Source of the DNA: a virus
Taxonomy: Duplodnaviria > Heunggongvirae > Uroviricota > Caudoviricetes
Reading direction: 5' to 3' (one strand)
IMG/VR virus record: IMGVR_UViG_3300014204_000115
Coordinates: 51,637 to 115,636 of that record
DNA: 64,000 bases
The position numbers were made by a program, and so were the translations under genes. Positions 1 through 9,026 of the stretch are shown here, piece after piece (position 1 is the stretch's first letter; every line of letters begins with the position of its first letter). The notes beneath the pieces are model-generated. The model ran no database searches and was not told the DNA's origin. It worked only from the letters and a program-made list of their open reading frames with translations.

Positions 1-109
1 GAGATACTCTATTTCTATCTTGAGTATCTAAAATTAATAAAAATGTTATTCCAGATATAATTAAAATAAGTAATACTACAATAAATAAACATACATAAGA
101 AAACATAAA

Positions 110-385
110 TTAATCCTTTATCACATCGTTATTATTTTTAACAGAAGTTTCTATATTAACATTTTCAATTTTACTATCTTTTTTAACTTTAGAATCTAAT
201 ACTAAAACTGAACTTATTTCTGATGGTTTTAAAATTACAACACCAGAACTTGTTTCAAGTATACAATTTTTAGATAGTTCCATAACCTTACTAATTTCTT
301 TTGTATAAACTAATAAATCTCTATTATCATTATCTGTAAGAATTATAGAATCTGAATTTTTTTGTTGAATTATAATTTTTTTCAT
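110..385 (-). CDS. hypothetical protein
   Basis: 91 aa ORF, co-oriented and tightly packed with neighbours. Confidence 0.6.
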   Translation of the reverse strand: MKKIIIQQKNSDSIILTDNDNRDLLVYTKEISKVMELSKNCILETSSGVVILKPSEISSVLVLDSKVKKDSKIENVNIETSVKNNNDVIKD

Positions 386-397
386 ATTTACTTTTTT

Positions 398-997
398 TTA
401 AAATTCACCTTTCATTATTTTTTCTAATATAGTAGATGACTTAACAGTTAATTCTTCAATTTTTACTTCTACATCTGTTAAATCATTTTCTTCACATAAA
501 TTCACATTATCAACTTTATCTATATTATTAATTATTTGTTCTCTATTTTCTTTTAAATCTCTAGTAATTTTCTTTTTCTCTACTTCAATATTTTTTAGAA
601 CTATTTGACTTGGTTCTTGTTTCTTATGAACTCGTTCTTCCTTTTTAATTATTTTTTGTTTAGGTTGTACTTCTTCTATAGTTTGATCTTTAAGTTTAGA
701 TACAACTTTAATGTTTGAAACTCTTCTTTCTTCAATTGTTTTTTTACTAACTTTTCTTTCTTGATTAATAAATGAGTAATCTTTTTTTTGATTTTCATTT
801 ATATTTTCATCTATTAATTCAATTTCATAATCTTTTGATAATAAACCATAAAATTTAATTCTTGATTGAATTATTTTTAAATAATCTTCAGTTACAATAC
901 ATTCAAAAGGGGATCTTACAGGTCTATCTTTTATAATAAACATTTTATTTACAGCTTTAATTTTTAATCTATAATTCATATTAATAAGCCTTTTCAA
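398..997 (-). CDS. hypothetical protein (N-terminal domain resembles 49131..49583)
   Basis: 199 aa ORF, true start possibly MNYRLK; charged low-complexity C-terminal half. Confidence 0.65.
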   Translation of the reverse strand: MKRLINMNYRLKIKAVNKMFIIKDRPVRSPFECIVTEDYLKIIQSRIKFYGLLSKDYEIELIDENINENQKKDYSFINQERKVSKKTIEERRVSNIKVVSKLKDQTIEEVQPKQKIIKKEERVHKKQEPSQIVLKNIEVEKKKITRDLKENREQIINNIDKVDNVNLCEENDLTDVEVKIEELTVKSSTILEKIMKGEF

Positions 998-1019
998 TTT
1001 TTAAATTTTAATCGTTAAA

Positions 1020-1057
1020 AAGAGGTGAGTGACTTAATTAAAAATCACTCACCTCTT
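1020..1057. terminator. 13-bp inverted repeat, probable intrinsic terminator
   Basis: AAGAGGTGAGTGA-N12-TCACTCACCTCTT downstream of the acidic-protein gene. Confidence 0.6.
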
Positions 1058-1163
1058 ATAAACTATAAAAAGATGATTTATAGTATTTTATTTGCTGCTC
1101 TTCCAACAGCACCTACCATTCTAGCAGGCGCTGATAGAGTTGCACCAATAATTCCTTCATCTT

Positions 1164-2036
1164 CTACTTTTTTTTTGAATCCTCGTCTTCTTCGTCATCT
1201 AAATCTACATCTATTTCTTCATCTTCTTCTATTTCTTCTTCCCCATCTTCTTTCTCTTTTTTCTCATCTTCTTCTTCTTTCTCTTCTTCCTCAATCTGCT
1301 CTTTAAATAAATTAAAAGCTTCCTCTACTTCTCTAGCAGCTTTGATTCTGATTGGACCCATTCCTTCGACCTCTGCCTCTATTTTCTTATCTACATCAAG
1401 ATCCTTATCATCCTTATCATCATCTTCTTCTTCCTCTGCATCAGCCTCTAATTCAGCTTCTAAAAGGTCGATATCTTCAAGCATATCTTCTGCTTCTTTA
1501 TCATCAACTAAATCTGTTCCTGCTTCTCCACCATCAGCTTTTTCCTCATCTTCCATTTCCTGAATCAATTTTTCAATTACTGTATTTTCAAGGGAAAGAA
1601 TCTCATTGTTCATTGGAGCAGCTTTTTCGTCCTCTAGAGGCTCATCTTTAGCAACAATATCAGGATCTTCTGGATCATAGTCTTCAAGTTCTAGATCCTC
1701 TTCCATAATATCATCTTCAAAATCTTCCATACTATCGTCTACATCATCAGGTTCCTCTCCAGTTACGATGTTATTTGGATCTTCTGCGTCAGCTTCCTCA
1801 TCTACATCAACTGGGTTATCAGGACCTACTTCCTCATCCTGCTCAATAAGTTTTTCTTTGTTTTCATCAAAGTAATATCTTTCAAGAATTGATGATGCAT
1901 CTTTATGTGTCTCTAATTCCCCATCACCGTCAAATGTAATAATAGGATCAGTTAATGGACCTTTATAATCCATTGACTTGGCATCATACTCAGAAATAGC
2001 TTCCTTTAATAGTTGAATATAAGATACTTTCTTCAT
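1164..2036 (-). CDS. extremely acidic (D/E-rich) protein; probably extends to 1078 through a frameshift at an A9 run
   Basis: 290 aa, long D/E tracts, SD AGGAGG upstream; see frameshift finding. Confidence 0.8.
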   Translation of the reverse strand: MKKVSYIQLLKEAISEYDAKSMDYKGPLTDPIITFDGDGELETHKDASSILERYYFDENKEKLIEQDEEVGPDNPVDVDEEADAEDPNNIVTGEEPDDVDDSMEDFEDDIMEEDLELEDYDPEDPDIVAKDEPLEDEKAAPMNNEILSLENTVIEKLIQEMEDEEKADGGEAGTDLVDDKEAEDMLEDIDLLEAELEADAEEEEDDDKDDKDLDVDKKIEAEVEGMGPIRIKAAREVEEAFNLFKEQIEEEEKEEEDEKKEKEDGEEEIEEDEEIDVDLDDEEDEDSKKK

Positions 2037-2146
2037 TTTTAAAATTCCTCCTAAGAATTATATATTTTCTTTAATAACACAATACTTTCAAAGTATTTGA
2101 TATATGTTCTATAATATTTTGAATATTGGAATGAGTTTGTTTCTTG

Positions 2147-3700
2147 TTAAAAAACATTCTGTAAATTTTCAACTTCTTCTGTTTTTGATTTATAATCCAT
2201 TCCTTTAAATGGATTATATTTTTTCATTTCTCCCATTGAATTGATTGAATCAATTTGAATCATTTGATCTGAGGTAACATCTGATCTCATATCATTTGAT
2301 GCCTTTAATCTATTTATAAATTTATAATGTTTGAAATTAACCTTAAAGTCAATTGAAACATTATCTTTTCCGCATCTATTTTTTGTTACTTTTAAATGAA
2401 CTTTATCATCACAAGTTTGATCTTTTGACATTAAAGCAATAAAATCAGCATGTTCAATCTTCTTAATTGATTCTGACATCATATCCATATTAAGACTTTT
2501 TGAGTCCTGATTTCTATAAACAGATCTTCCTAACTGAGATACTGTAATAACAGGAATATTATATTTAACTGCGATATCTTTAAGACCAGAAGTAATAAAA
2601 CCTAGTTCTAATCTATATAGTTCATTTGTAATATCTGCTTTTAGTAAATCTAAATAATCTACATAGAGTCCTCTAATTGAGTCTTTTCCATATTGATCTA
2701 TTGCATCATCCAAATGCATCATAATATCTGTACAACTAATTGAGTATTTTTGAAAATATTTAAAAATTACAGAGGAATCTGAAGCTCTTGTTCTGTCAAG
2801 AATAACTTTTTTGATATCTATTCCTGCATTAATATCTCTTAAAGTTGAAATTTGATCTTTTTCAAACATCATTTGATATAATCTTAAAAGACTTTCATCA
2901 ATTAAATTTTCTAATGTAATATACAAATAAATACCACTTTTATTAGTAGTATTATTATTTTTATTATTTGTTATATCATTATTGATAAAATTTAAAATTA
3001 AAGTTGATTTACCAGATCCAGAACCACCACCAAAGATATATAATCTAGATTTCTCAAATCCGCCATTATCAAAAACATCTTGATCAAAAATTGTATATCC
3101 AGTATGAATTGTATTTGTTTTATCATATTTCTTTTTAATCATTTCTAATACTGGAGAAAAATCATCATTATTCAAATCTAAACTTGCAGAAGATTCTAAC
3201 CCTATATTTCTGCTACACTCCATTAAATTATAATTTGCTTCTTTAATAATTTTTTCATAGTTAAAAATAACATTATCAATTGAATCAAAATTTCCAGATT
3301 TAATAATATCTAAAAATTTAGCTAATTCATCATAATTAGATACTACACCATTTAACTTTTTTCTCATTCTAATCTGAGTTATATGATCTGATAAAACTTC
3401 ATCTGGTAAAACTTCATTTCTTTTAACTGCAATAAAATCAGCTAATGATTTAAATTTCTGACCAAATAAAATACTATCAATTGTATTTTCATCTGTTTTA
3501 TCATTTAATTTAAGTTTGCATATTTCATTTAAACATTCAACTTTATTTTGAATATTAATTGGTATCTCATTCTTTTGTTTTTCTTTAAAAAAATTTAGAA
3601 TCTCAATAACATCTCTGTATATAGATTTATTTTTTTTAATCTTTGTTGACTTATTTAAAATTAAGCTATAACAGGAATTTAAAAATAGATCTGTAATCAA
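2147..3700 (-). CDS. dnaB: replicative DNA helicase, DnaB/T4 gp41-like
   Basis: Walker A GGSGSGKS, Walker B LYVDYLDLL, TVSQLGRS, SESIKKIEHADF, KVTKNRCG; TTG start. Confidence 0.9.
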   Translation of the reverse strand: MITDLFLNSCYSLILNKSTKIKKNKSIYRDVIEILNFFKEKQKNEIPINIQNKVECLNEICKLKLNDKTDENTIDSILFGQKFKSLADFIAVKRNEVLPDEVLSDHITQIRMRKKLNGVVSNYDELAKFLDIIKSGNFDSIDNVIFNYEKIIKEANYNLMECSRNIGLESSASLDLNNDDFSPVLEMIKKKYDKTNTIHTGYTIFDQDVFDNGGFEKSRLYIFGGGSGSGKSTLILNFINNDITNNKNNNTTNKSGIYLYITLENLIDESLLRLYQMMFEKDQISTLRDINAGIDIKKVILDRTRASDSSVIFKYFQKYSISCTDIMMHLDDAIDQYGKDSIRGLYVDYLDLLKADITNELYRLELGFITSGLKDIAVKYNIPVITVSQLGRSVYRNQDSKSLNMDMMSESIKKIEHADFIALMSKDQTCDDKVHLKVTKNRCGKDNVSIDFKVNFKHYKFINRLKASNDMRSDVTSDQMIQIDSINSMGEMKKYNPFKGMDYKSKTEEVENLQNVF

Positions 3701-3701
3701 T

Positions 3702-4097
3702 TTATTCTTCCTTTCTAAAAAAATTAAATATTTTTTTAATTAAACTTTTTCTTTTATGAGTTTTATATTGATGTTGTACAATTATTTCTATCTTTCCATT
3801 ATTACACGTATTATTATAAGTTGAAAATCCACTAATTCCTTGATAATTTGAAAATCCACTAAGGGAACCGCTATAACCAGGATAAATGGGTGATTCTTTA
3901 CCAAAAACATTTTCTAACCAAGATAGTTTTCCAATACCATAACATTTATCACAAATAACTCTCATTCTTTCTGATGCTGAAAAGAATAGCGATCCTTCTC
4001 CTTTACATTTCTCACAAATAATAAAACCCTCTTCGATTTTTAAATCTAATTTTGAATACCCATCTAATTTTGAAGTTTCTTGTTGTGTTAAATTCAT
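3702..4097 (-). CDS. small DnaJ-type zinc-finger (CxxCxGxG) protein
   Basis: CEKCKGEG ... CDKCYGIGKLSWLENVFG. Confidence 0.7.
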   Translation of the reverse strand: MNLTQQETSKLDGYSKLDLKIEEGFIICEKCKGEGSLFFSASERMRVICDKCYGIGKLSWLENVFGKESPIYPGYSGSLSGFSNYQGISGFSTYNNTCNNGKIEIIVQHQYKTHKRKSLIKKIFNFFRKEE

Positions 4098-5473
4098 ATT
4101 GTTAATAACTGTCCATTCTTAGTTAAATTTATAAATTCATCTTTTGATAAGAATTTATTAACTATATGTTTACAAAAATCTTCATCTAAATCAGTTAACA
4201 TGTTTAATGATTTAACAATACTATTTGATTTAGATATTTGTTTTCTGCTAATTTTTCCTTCATTTAAGTTCCTGGTAATTTGTTCTGACTTTGATGTAAA
4301 AGTTTCTATATCATTTGATTCATAAATTGGATAAATTTCTTCTGTTTTAGATCTCATTAATAATTCAATTTCTAAATAAAATTCTAACATATACAACATT
4401 AAATAAATTTTTACTTCTTCATAAAAAGTGCCTGTGTTAGGATCATAAATCTGAGTAGAATTAATTTTCTTAAAGTTATATTTATCAGATAAATTATCCA
4501 TTACATTTTTACAAAGATCATTTATTTTAATATTATCTTTAAATCTCATATTTAATTCACTGCTTCTTATATTTACCTTTCTAATTCTGTCAACATCTAA
4601 TGTACAAAAATATCTACCAATCATTAAACCTTTAAATAAACCAGATGAATCATAAGTAATGTTTAAGTCAATATTATGAACCTTTTTTACATGAATTTTA
4701 AACAATTCATAGAAAAATAAGTCCCTATATGTTGCTCCGCCTAGAACATGAAAATCTAATTTATTTCTTTTATGTTTAATTGTTTCGTTTAATAATGGAA
4801 TTAATGGTAATACATATATGATACAAGGAATTTCAGAATCTCCTGCGCTATTAGCAACAATACCACCAGTACCAAATAAATCAAATTTTGAATATAAATC
4901 ATTTTCTCGTAATATTTTTGTATATATTTCCCAAAGTTTTGGAGTTCTAAAATGATGAATGTAAATTATTTTTCTTCTTACTTCATCAGGTAAATTTGCT
5001 GCTATTAAATATGACTCTAGATTTTTATCATAAATCTGATCAAAATTTGTAAATAATTTACAACCAGGTCCAGGAGGAATATCTAGAATAAAAGCTTGAT
5101 CATATACATCTTTATAATCAACTAAAAAACTATAATATTTTTCTATTAATATTTCAGATTCTTTTACGGAAAGAAGTCCAATACTAGCTTGGAATCCGCC
5201 ACTATCACAAATAAAAGTAGAGGAATCAAAAAATTTTGATTTTCTTAATTTAATATATAACTCTGCTTCTTTTTGATTATAATTTGTATAATCTCTTTTT
5301 CCTCTAAAATTTTGTCCAAATGAATGAAGAAATCTATTACAAACTAAACCAAAAAAATTAGAAATGTCTTCTCTTGTAAACTGATTGTTAAAATCATTTT
5401 TTTTATTCAACATAAAATTATCTATAATAGTCATTAATGTTTCAAAACCAGCTACTGTGTATCCACTCGCCAT
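4094..5473 (-). CDS. dpdA: TGT-fold transglycosylase, DpdA-like (7-deazaguanine insertion into DNA)
   Basis: TGT-family motifs CDSGGFQ, ILDIP, FHVLGG, TYDSS; queE and queC in the same window. Confidence 0.7.
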   Translation of the reverse strand: MASGYTVAGFETLMTIIDNFMLNKKNDFNNQFTREDISNFFGLVCNRFLHSFGQNFRGKRDYTNYNQKEAELYIKLRKSKFFDSSTFICDSGGFQASIGLLSVKESEILIEKYYSFLVDYKDVYDQAFILDIPPGPGCKLFTNFDQIYDKNLESYLIAANLPDEVRRKIIYIHHFRTPKLWEIYTKILRENDLYSKFDLFGTGGIVANSAGDSEIPCIIYVLPLIPLLNETIKHKRNKLDFHVLGGATYRDLFFYELFKIHVKKVHNIDLNITYDSSGLFKGLMIGRYFCTLDVDRIRKVNIRSSELNMRFKDNIKINDLCKNVMDNLSDKYNFKKINSTQIYDPNTGTFYEEVKIYLMLYMLEFYLEIELLMRSKTEEIYPIYESNDIETFTSKSEQITRNLNEGKISRKQISKSNSIVKSLNMLTDLDEDFCKHIVNKFLSKDEFINLTKNGQLLTI

Positions 5474-5492
5474 TATTTCACCTTTTAAAAAA

Positions 5493-5939
5493 TTATTTGT
5501 TTATAATCCAAAACCTCTCATTTAATATTTGTTCTAATAGAGGTTTAATTAATCCAAACCAACTTAATCCGCCATTATTACAACCTGGTCTTGGTAATAT
5601 TACTTTTTTCCATTTCATTTGGTCTGTTAAAATTACTAATTCTTTTAAAGATTTTTCTATTAATTCAACTAAAGATTTTTCCCAGTAATTAAATTTTGTT
5701 GGAAATGAAATTATTGGTTTAGGTTCCCAAATTATAATTTGTACTATATGTCCATTTTCTTTAATAAGATTACCTAATTTTAAATCTATATCTTTAAATT
5801 TATATTTTGCTTCTAATGCACATCCTGCACCCATAACATTTCTTCCATCTTTTTTAACTATACCATTTGTAGTTACACAAATTGCATCAGAAAATTTTAT
5901 AATTTTATCAGATAAAAAATTATCATATATTTCTTTCAT
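5493..5939 (-). CDS. macrodomain protein, DarG/TARG1-like ADP-ribosylhydrolase
   Basis: TTNGIV..GRNVMGAGCA, ISFPTK..W, LPRPGCNNGGLSW. Confidence 0.75.
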   Translation of the reverse strand: MKEIYDNFLSDKIIKFSDAICVTTNGIVKKDGRNVMGAGCALEAKYKFKDIDLKLGNLIKENGHIVQIIIWEPKPIISFPTKFNYWEKSLVELIEKSLKELVILTDQMKWKKVILPRPGCNNGGLSWFGLIKPLLEQILNERFWIINK

Positions 5940-6195
5940 TTTTTATAATCTCATTTAATATTTCTTTATCTATATCATCACTTAATTCTTTTGCCATCTT
6001 TTTAACTGTTTTTTTATATCCTTCAAAAGATGAAGAAGATAAACCAAATTTATAGTCTATAAGTTTTCTGTTAACACCAAAAATATTTTGAATCCAATTT
6101 AATTCTTTTAATCCATGACATTTTGAACAAGAAAATGTGTAATCATTTTTACTTTCAAACCCTGTTCCATTACATTTATCGCATATATACTTCAT
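5923..6195 (-). CDS. small DnaJ-type zinc-finger protein
   Basis: CDKCNGTG ... CSKCHGLKELNWIQNIFG. Confidence 0.7.
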   Translation of the reverse strand: MKYICDKCNGTGFESKNDYTFSCSKCHGLKELNWIQNIFGVNRKLIDYKFGLSSSSFEGYKKTVKKMAKELSDDIDKEILNEIIKNERNI

Positions 6196-6375
6196 TTACT
6201 CACCACTATTAAGAATCGTCATTCTATATTTTTCATAAATAGAAGTTGGTATTGGAAAACCAATAATTTTTGTAGGATTATTTTGATTATTATTTGGAAA
6301 CATATTTTTATAATATTCTATTATTATACTTTGAATAATTGTAAATTTCAAATCTCTTTCATTGTCTATTATCAT
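6196..6375 (-). CDS. small hypothetical protein (59 aa, below ORF-track cutoff)
   Basis: manual translation MIIDNERDLKFTII...ILNSGE*; SD AGGA; stop abuts the next ATG. Confidence 0.5.
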   Translation of the reverse strand: MIIDNERDLKFTIIQSIIIEYYKNMFPNNNQNNPTKIIGFPIPTSIYEKYRMTILNSGE

Positions 6376-6388
6376 TATTTATCCTATT

Positions 6389-6420
6389 AAGATATAGTAA
6401 TTTTACAATTACTATATCTT
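6389..6420. terminator. 14-bp hairpin, terminator-like
   Basis: AAGATATAGTAATT-TTAC-AATTACTATATCTT followed by a T run on +. Confidence 0.45.
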
Positions 6421-6437
6421 TTTTTATTAGAAATATT

Positions 6438-6593
6438 TTAATTATCTCTCTTCTTTAAAAATAATTCTTTTAGATTTGAATACTCTTTAATTATTTCCTT
6501 TTCAAATGGACATTGTCCACAACATTTAACCCTTTGAGATTTTAAATTTTTAATACAAAGTTTTATATGATTTTTTAATTTTTCTTTATCCAT
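6438..6593 (-). CDS. small Cys-containing hypothetical protein (51 aa)
   Basis: manual translation MDKEKLKNHIKLCIKNLKSQRVKCCGQCPFEKE...; start overlaps the groES end. Confidence 0.45.
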   Translation of the reverse strand: MDKEKLKNHIKLCIKNLKSQRVKCCGQCPFEKEIIKEYSNLKELFLKKRDN

Positions 6594-6870
6594 CAACTAA
6601 AATTCCATATACTTCATCATTCTTTAAAATTCTAAGAATGATTCCGTTTATAATTACAGCTTGACCACCAGAAGGATGAAATACTACAATATCATCATAT
6701 TTAATATTGTCCACATCTTCTCCAACACTTAGAACCCTTCCATACTTCTGAGGTTCCATTTTTACAGTCTGAGGAATAATAATACCTGCATCTGTCTTAT
6801 CTTCTGTTTTAATTATTTCTTCTACAACAACATGATCATTTATCGCCTGAATTCTTTTCATTTTTAGCAA
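6586..6870 (-). CDS. groES: co-chaperonin GroES (Cpn10)
   Basis: IQAINDHVVV..EDKTDAGIIIP..GRVLSVG..DIVVF..ILKNDEVYGIL; likely start MKRIQ at 6861. Confidence 0.9.
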   Translation of the reverse strand: MLKMKRIQAINDHVVVEEIIKTEDKTDAGIIIPQTVKMEPQKYGRVLSVGEDVDNIKYDDIVVFHPSGGQAVIINGIILRILKNDEVYGILVDG

Positions 6871-7105
6871 AACTCCTTTTTAGTTTTAATTTCTGTTCTT
6901 CTTTTTCTCTTCTTACTTTTGCTTCATTTCTTTTACGTTTTTTAGCAACACTTGGTTTCTCATAGAATGCATTTCTTTTTACATCTATTAAAATTCCACT
7001 TCGATTAACTTTTTTCTTAAATCTTTTAATTAGACTTTCAATATCTTCATTTTCTCGTCTAACTACTTGAATTCCTTCTTTGTCATCTAAACTATTCAAA
7101 TACAT
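6836..7105 (-). CDS. rpsU: 30S ribosomal protein bS21
   Basis: VRRENEDIESLIKRFKKKV...YEKPSVAKKRKRNEAKVR. Confidence 0.9.
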   Translation of the reverse strand: MYLNSLDDKEGIQVVRRENEDIESLIKRFKKKVNRSGILIDVKRNAFYEKPSVAKKRKRNEAKVRREKEEQKLKLKRSFAKNEKNSGDK

Positions 7106-7130
7106 AAAATTAAAAATTCACCTCCGTTCT

Positions 7131-7439
7131 CTAACATTTTTTATTACCATGTCTGTATGGTCTTGTTTTATTAAATTCATGTTTTTTATTTACTTCTTCA
7201 ACTATATCAATCTTTAGATGTTCACACATATCCCAGATTCTAATTACTGCATCTGCCAACTCTTCGCCTAAATTTCCCTTTTCAGTACTAGGAATATCAT
7301 GTCTATAAGCTTCTAATGCTTCTGAAATTTCGCTATGAATTAAACATAATAATTCTGGTACTTCTCTTTTTGTAGTTTTATCATACCAACCTTTTTCAAT
7401 TGATAAATCATGAACTTCTTTTGGTGTTACAATATTCAT
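7131..7439 (-). CDS. MazG-like nucleotide pyrophosphohydrolase
   Basis: LCLIHSEISEALEAYR...GEELADAVIRIWDM..KHEFNKTRPYRHG. Confidence 0.85.
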   Translation of the reverse strand: MNIVTPKEVHDLSIEKGWYDKTTKREVPELLCLIHSEISEALEAYRHDIPSTEKGNLGEELADAVIRIWDMCEHLKIDIVEEVNKKHEFNKTRPYRHGNKKC

Positions 7440-7448
7440 TATATTCTC

Positions 7449-8102
7449 CTATACAAATCCATAAATTATATGTTCTCTTGAACTAAAATTTACTTTATAT
7501 TTTTCAGCTGCATCAAAAACCATTGGTGCATGAGATAATATTTCCTCTCTAGTTGTACCTTCAGGCATGAGAAAGATTCTTTGATTATCAAAATCAATTT
7601 TAATTGTAAGGTACTCTAAGAATAAATCTACAGGATATCTATTTTCATAAACTAACTTAATAATTACGTTTTTATTATCTTTTATTTTATTTACTAAAGT
7701 AGTATAATAATCATAATCTTCTTTTGTAAATATTTTTGGTGATAAGGAATATGTTACATTTTTATTTTTATCAACTCTATCTATAAGATCAATTAAATTA
7801 CATCCATTTGTTTCAACATTAAATATTGGACAATTTATTTCATTTATTAATTTTATTGTTTCTTCAAGATTTTTATTAAATGTTGGTTCTCCGCCAGTAA
7901 TCATTAAACCACATTTCTCATTATTAATAACATCTTGAATTTCTTGTATTGAAATTTCTGTTTCTAAAGATATTCTCATTTTTACAGAAGTATCACACCA
8001 TCGACACGCCCTATTACAACTCTTAAATCTTAAAATTAACATTCTTTTTCCTGTATCATTTCCTTCGCCCTGCCATGATACAAAATTTTCTATAGTCTTC
8101 AT
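7449..8102 (-). CDS. queE: 7-carboxy-7-deazaguanine synthase (radical SAM)
   Basis: FVSWQGEG..G..LILRFKSCNRACRWCDT, ITGGEP, VETNG, SLSPK, FLMPEG. Confidence 0.9.
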   Translation of the reverse strand: MKTIENFVSWQGEGNDTGKRMLILRFKSCNRACRWCDTSVKMRISLETEISIQEIQDVINNEKCGLMITGGEPTFNKNLEETIKLINEINCPIFNVETNGCNLIDLIDRVDKNKNVTYSLSPKIFTKEDYDYYTTLVNKIKDNKNVIIKLVYENRYPVDLFLEYLTIKIDFDNQRIFLMPEGTTREEILSHAPMVFDAAEKYKVNFSSREHIIYGFV

Positions 8103-8135
8103 TAAAATTCCTCTCTTATTTGTTTGTTCTTATTT

Positions 8136-9005
8136 TTATTTTAAAATTCTATTAATATCTTCTTTTAATTTTTCAATATTTGGAAATTTATCAAATATGG
8201 TATATCTTAAAAATTTCCATCCTTCTTTTTCAATTTTTTCTTGTCTAAGTTTATGATATTGTTTATGTTCTTCTGAATCAAAATGAAACCAACCATCAAA
8301 TTCAATAGCTATTTTATATTCAGGTATTGCAACATCTATAGCATAATTTAGTATTCCAAATTGAAATTCACAGCTTGGATATAATTCTTTAACCATATCT
8401 CTTAACATTACTTCTGGTTTTGATGGATTTTTTTGAGCTTTTAACATAACAATTGCATGACCATTTAAACATTTGTTTCTGATCTTCTCTTTTTCTAATT
8501 CAAATAAACTAGAATTCCAATATGAATTTGGATCTTGTCTTAATAATTTTTGAGTATTACTCATTTTTTTCAACGTTTCGTCTGAGAAACAACCTCTTTT
8601 ATTTTTATTCCATGGTATTTGTCCAATATGACTAATACTTAAATTTTTTATTCTCTCTTTAGAAAATTTTTTATTTTTTAGAGATTTTGATATTTTAATA
8701 TTTCTTTCTTTTGAATTTAACTTACTTTCATTTTTTTCCCATGTTTCTTTCATTGATAAACTTCTTTTATTATTTATTTCTTTATTTTTTGATAAATATT
8801 CATATAAACATTTATTTGAACAAAAAATTGAATATCCATTTATACCATATAAAATTGTTTCTTTTCCACAATTTTTACAAAAACCTTCTCCTTCTTTTTT
8901 TAAATATAAAAGATAATACTCTTTACTTAATATTTTATGTCTTCTTAAATGACTAGAAAGACTTTTTAAACTATTAAGATCTTTTTTACAAATCTTACAT
9001 TCCAT
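8136..9005 (-). CDS. free-standing homing endonuclease (Zn fingers, NUMOD3-like repeats, DUF559/Vsr-like nuclease domain)
   Basis: CKICK..HLRRH, CKNCGK..FCSNKC, SDETLKKMS, SKPEVML..IDVAIPEYKIAIEFDGWFH..EGWKFLRY. Confidence 0.8.
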   Translation of the reverse strand: MECKICKKDLNSLKSLSSHLRRHKILSKEYYLLYLKKEGEGFCKNCGKETILYGINGYSIFCSNKCLYEYLSKNKEINNKRSLSMKETWEKNESKLNSKERNIKISKSLKNKKFSKERIKNLSISHIGQIPWNKNKRGCFSDETLKKMSNTQKLLRQDPNSYWNSSLFELEKEKIRNKCLNGHAIVMLKAQKNPSKPEVMLRDMVKELYPSCEFQFGILNYAIDVAIPEYKIAIEFDGWFHFDSEEHKQYHKLRQEKIEKEGWKFLRYTIFDKFPNIEKLKEDINRILK

Positions 9006-9026
9006 TTTTCTTTTTTCCTATGATTT

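Noticed and set aside
1025-1651. Plus-strand ORFs 1025..1306, 1342..1563 and 1352..1651, and similar antisense ORFs (e.g. 53104..53649, 21759..22055)
   Set aside because: Shadows of the real minus-strand genes: low-complexity Ser/Leu/His translations with no SD.
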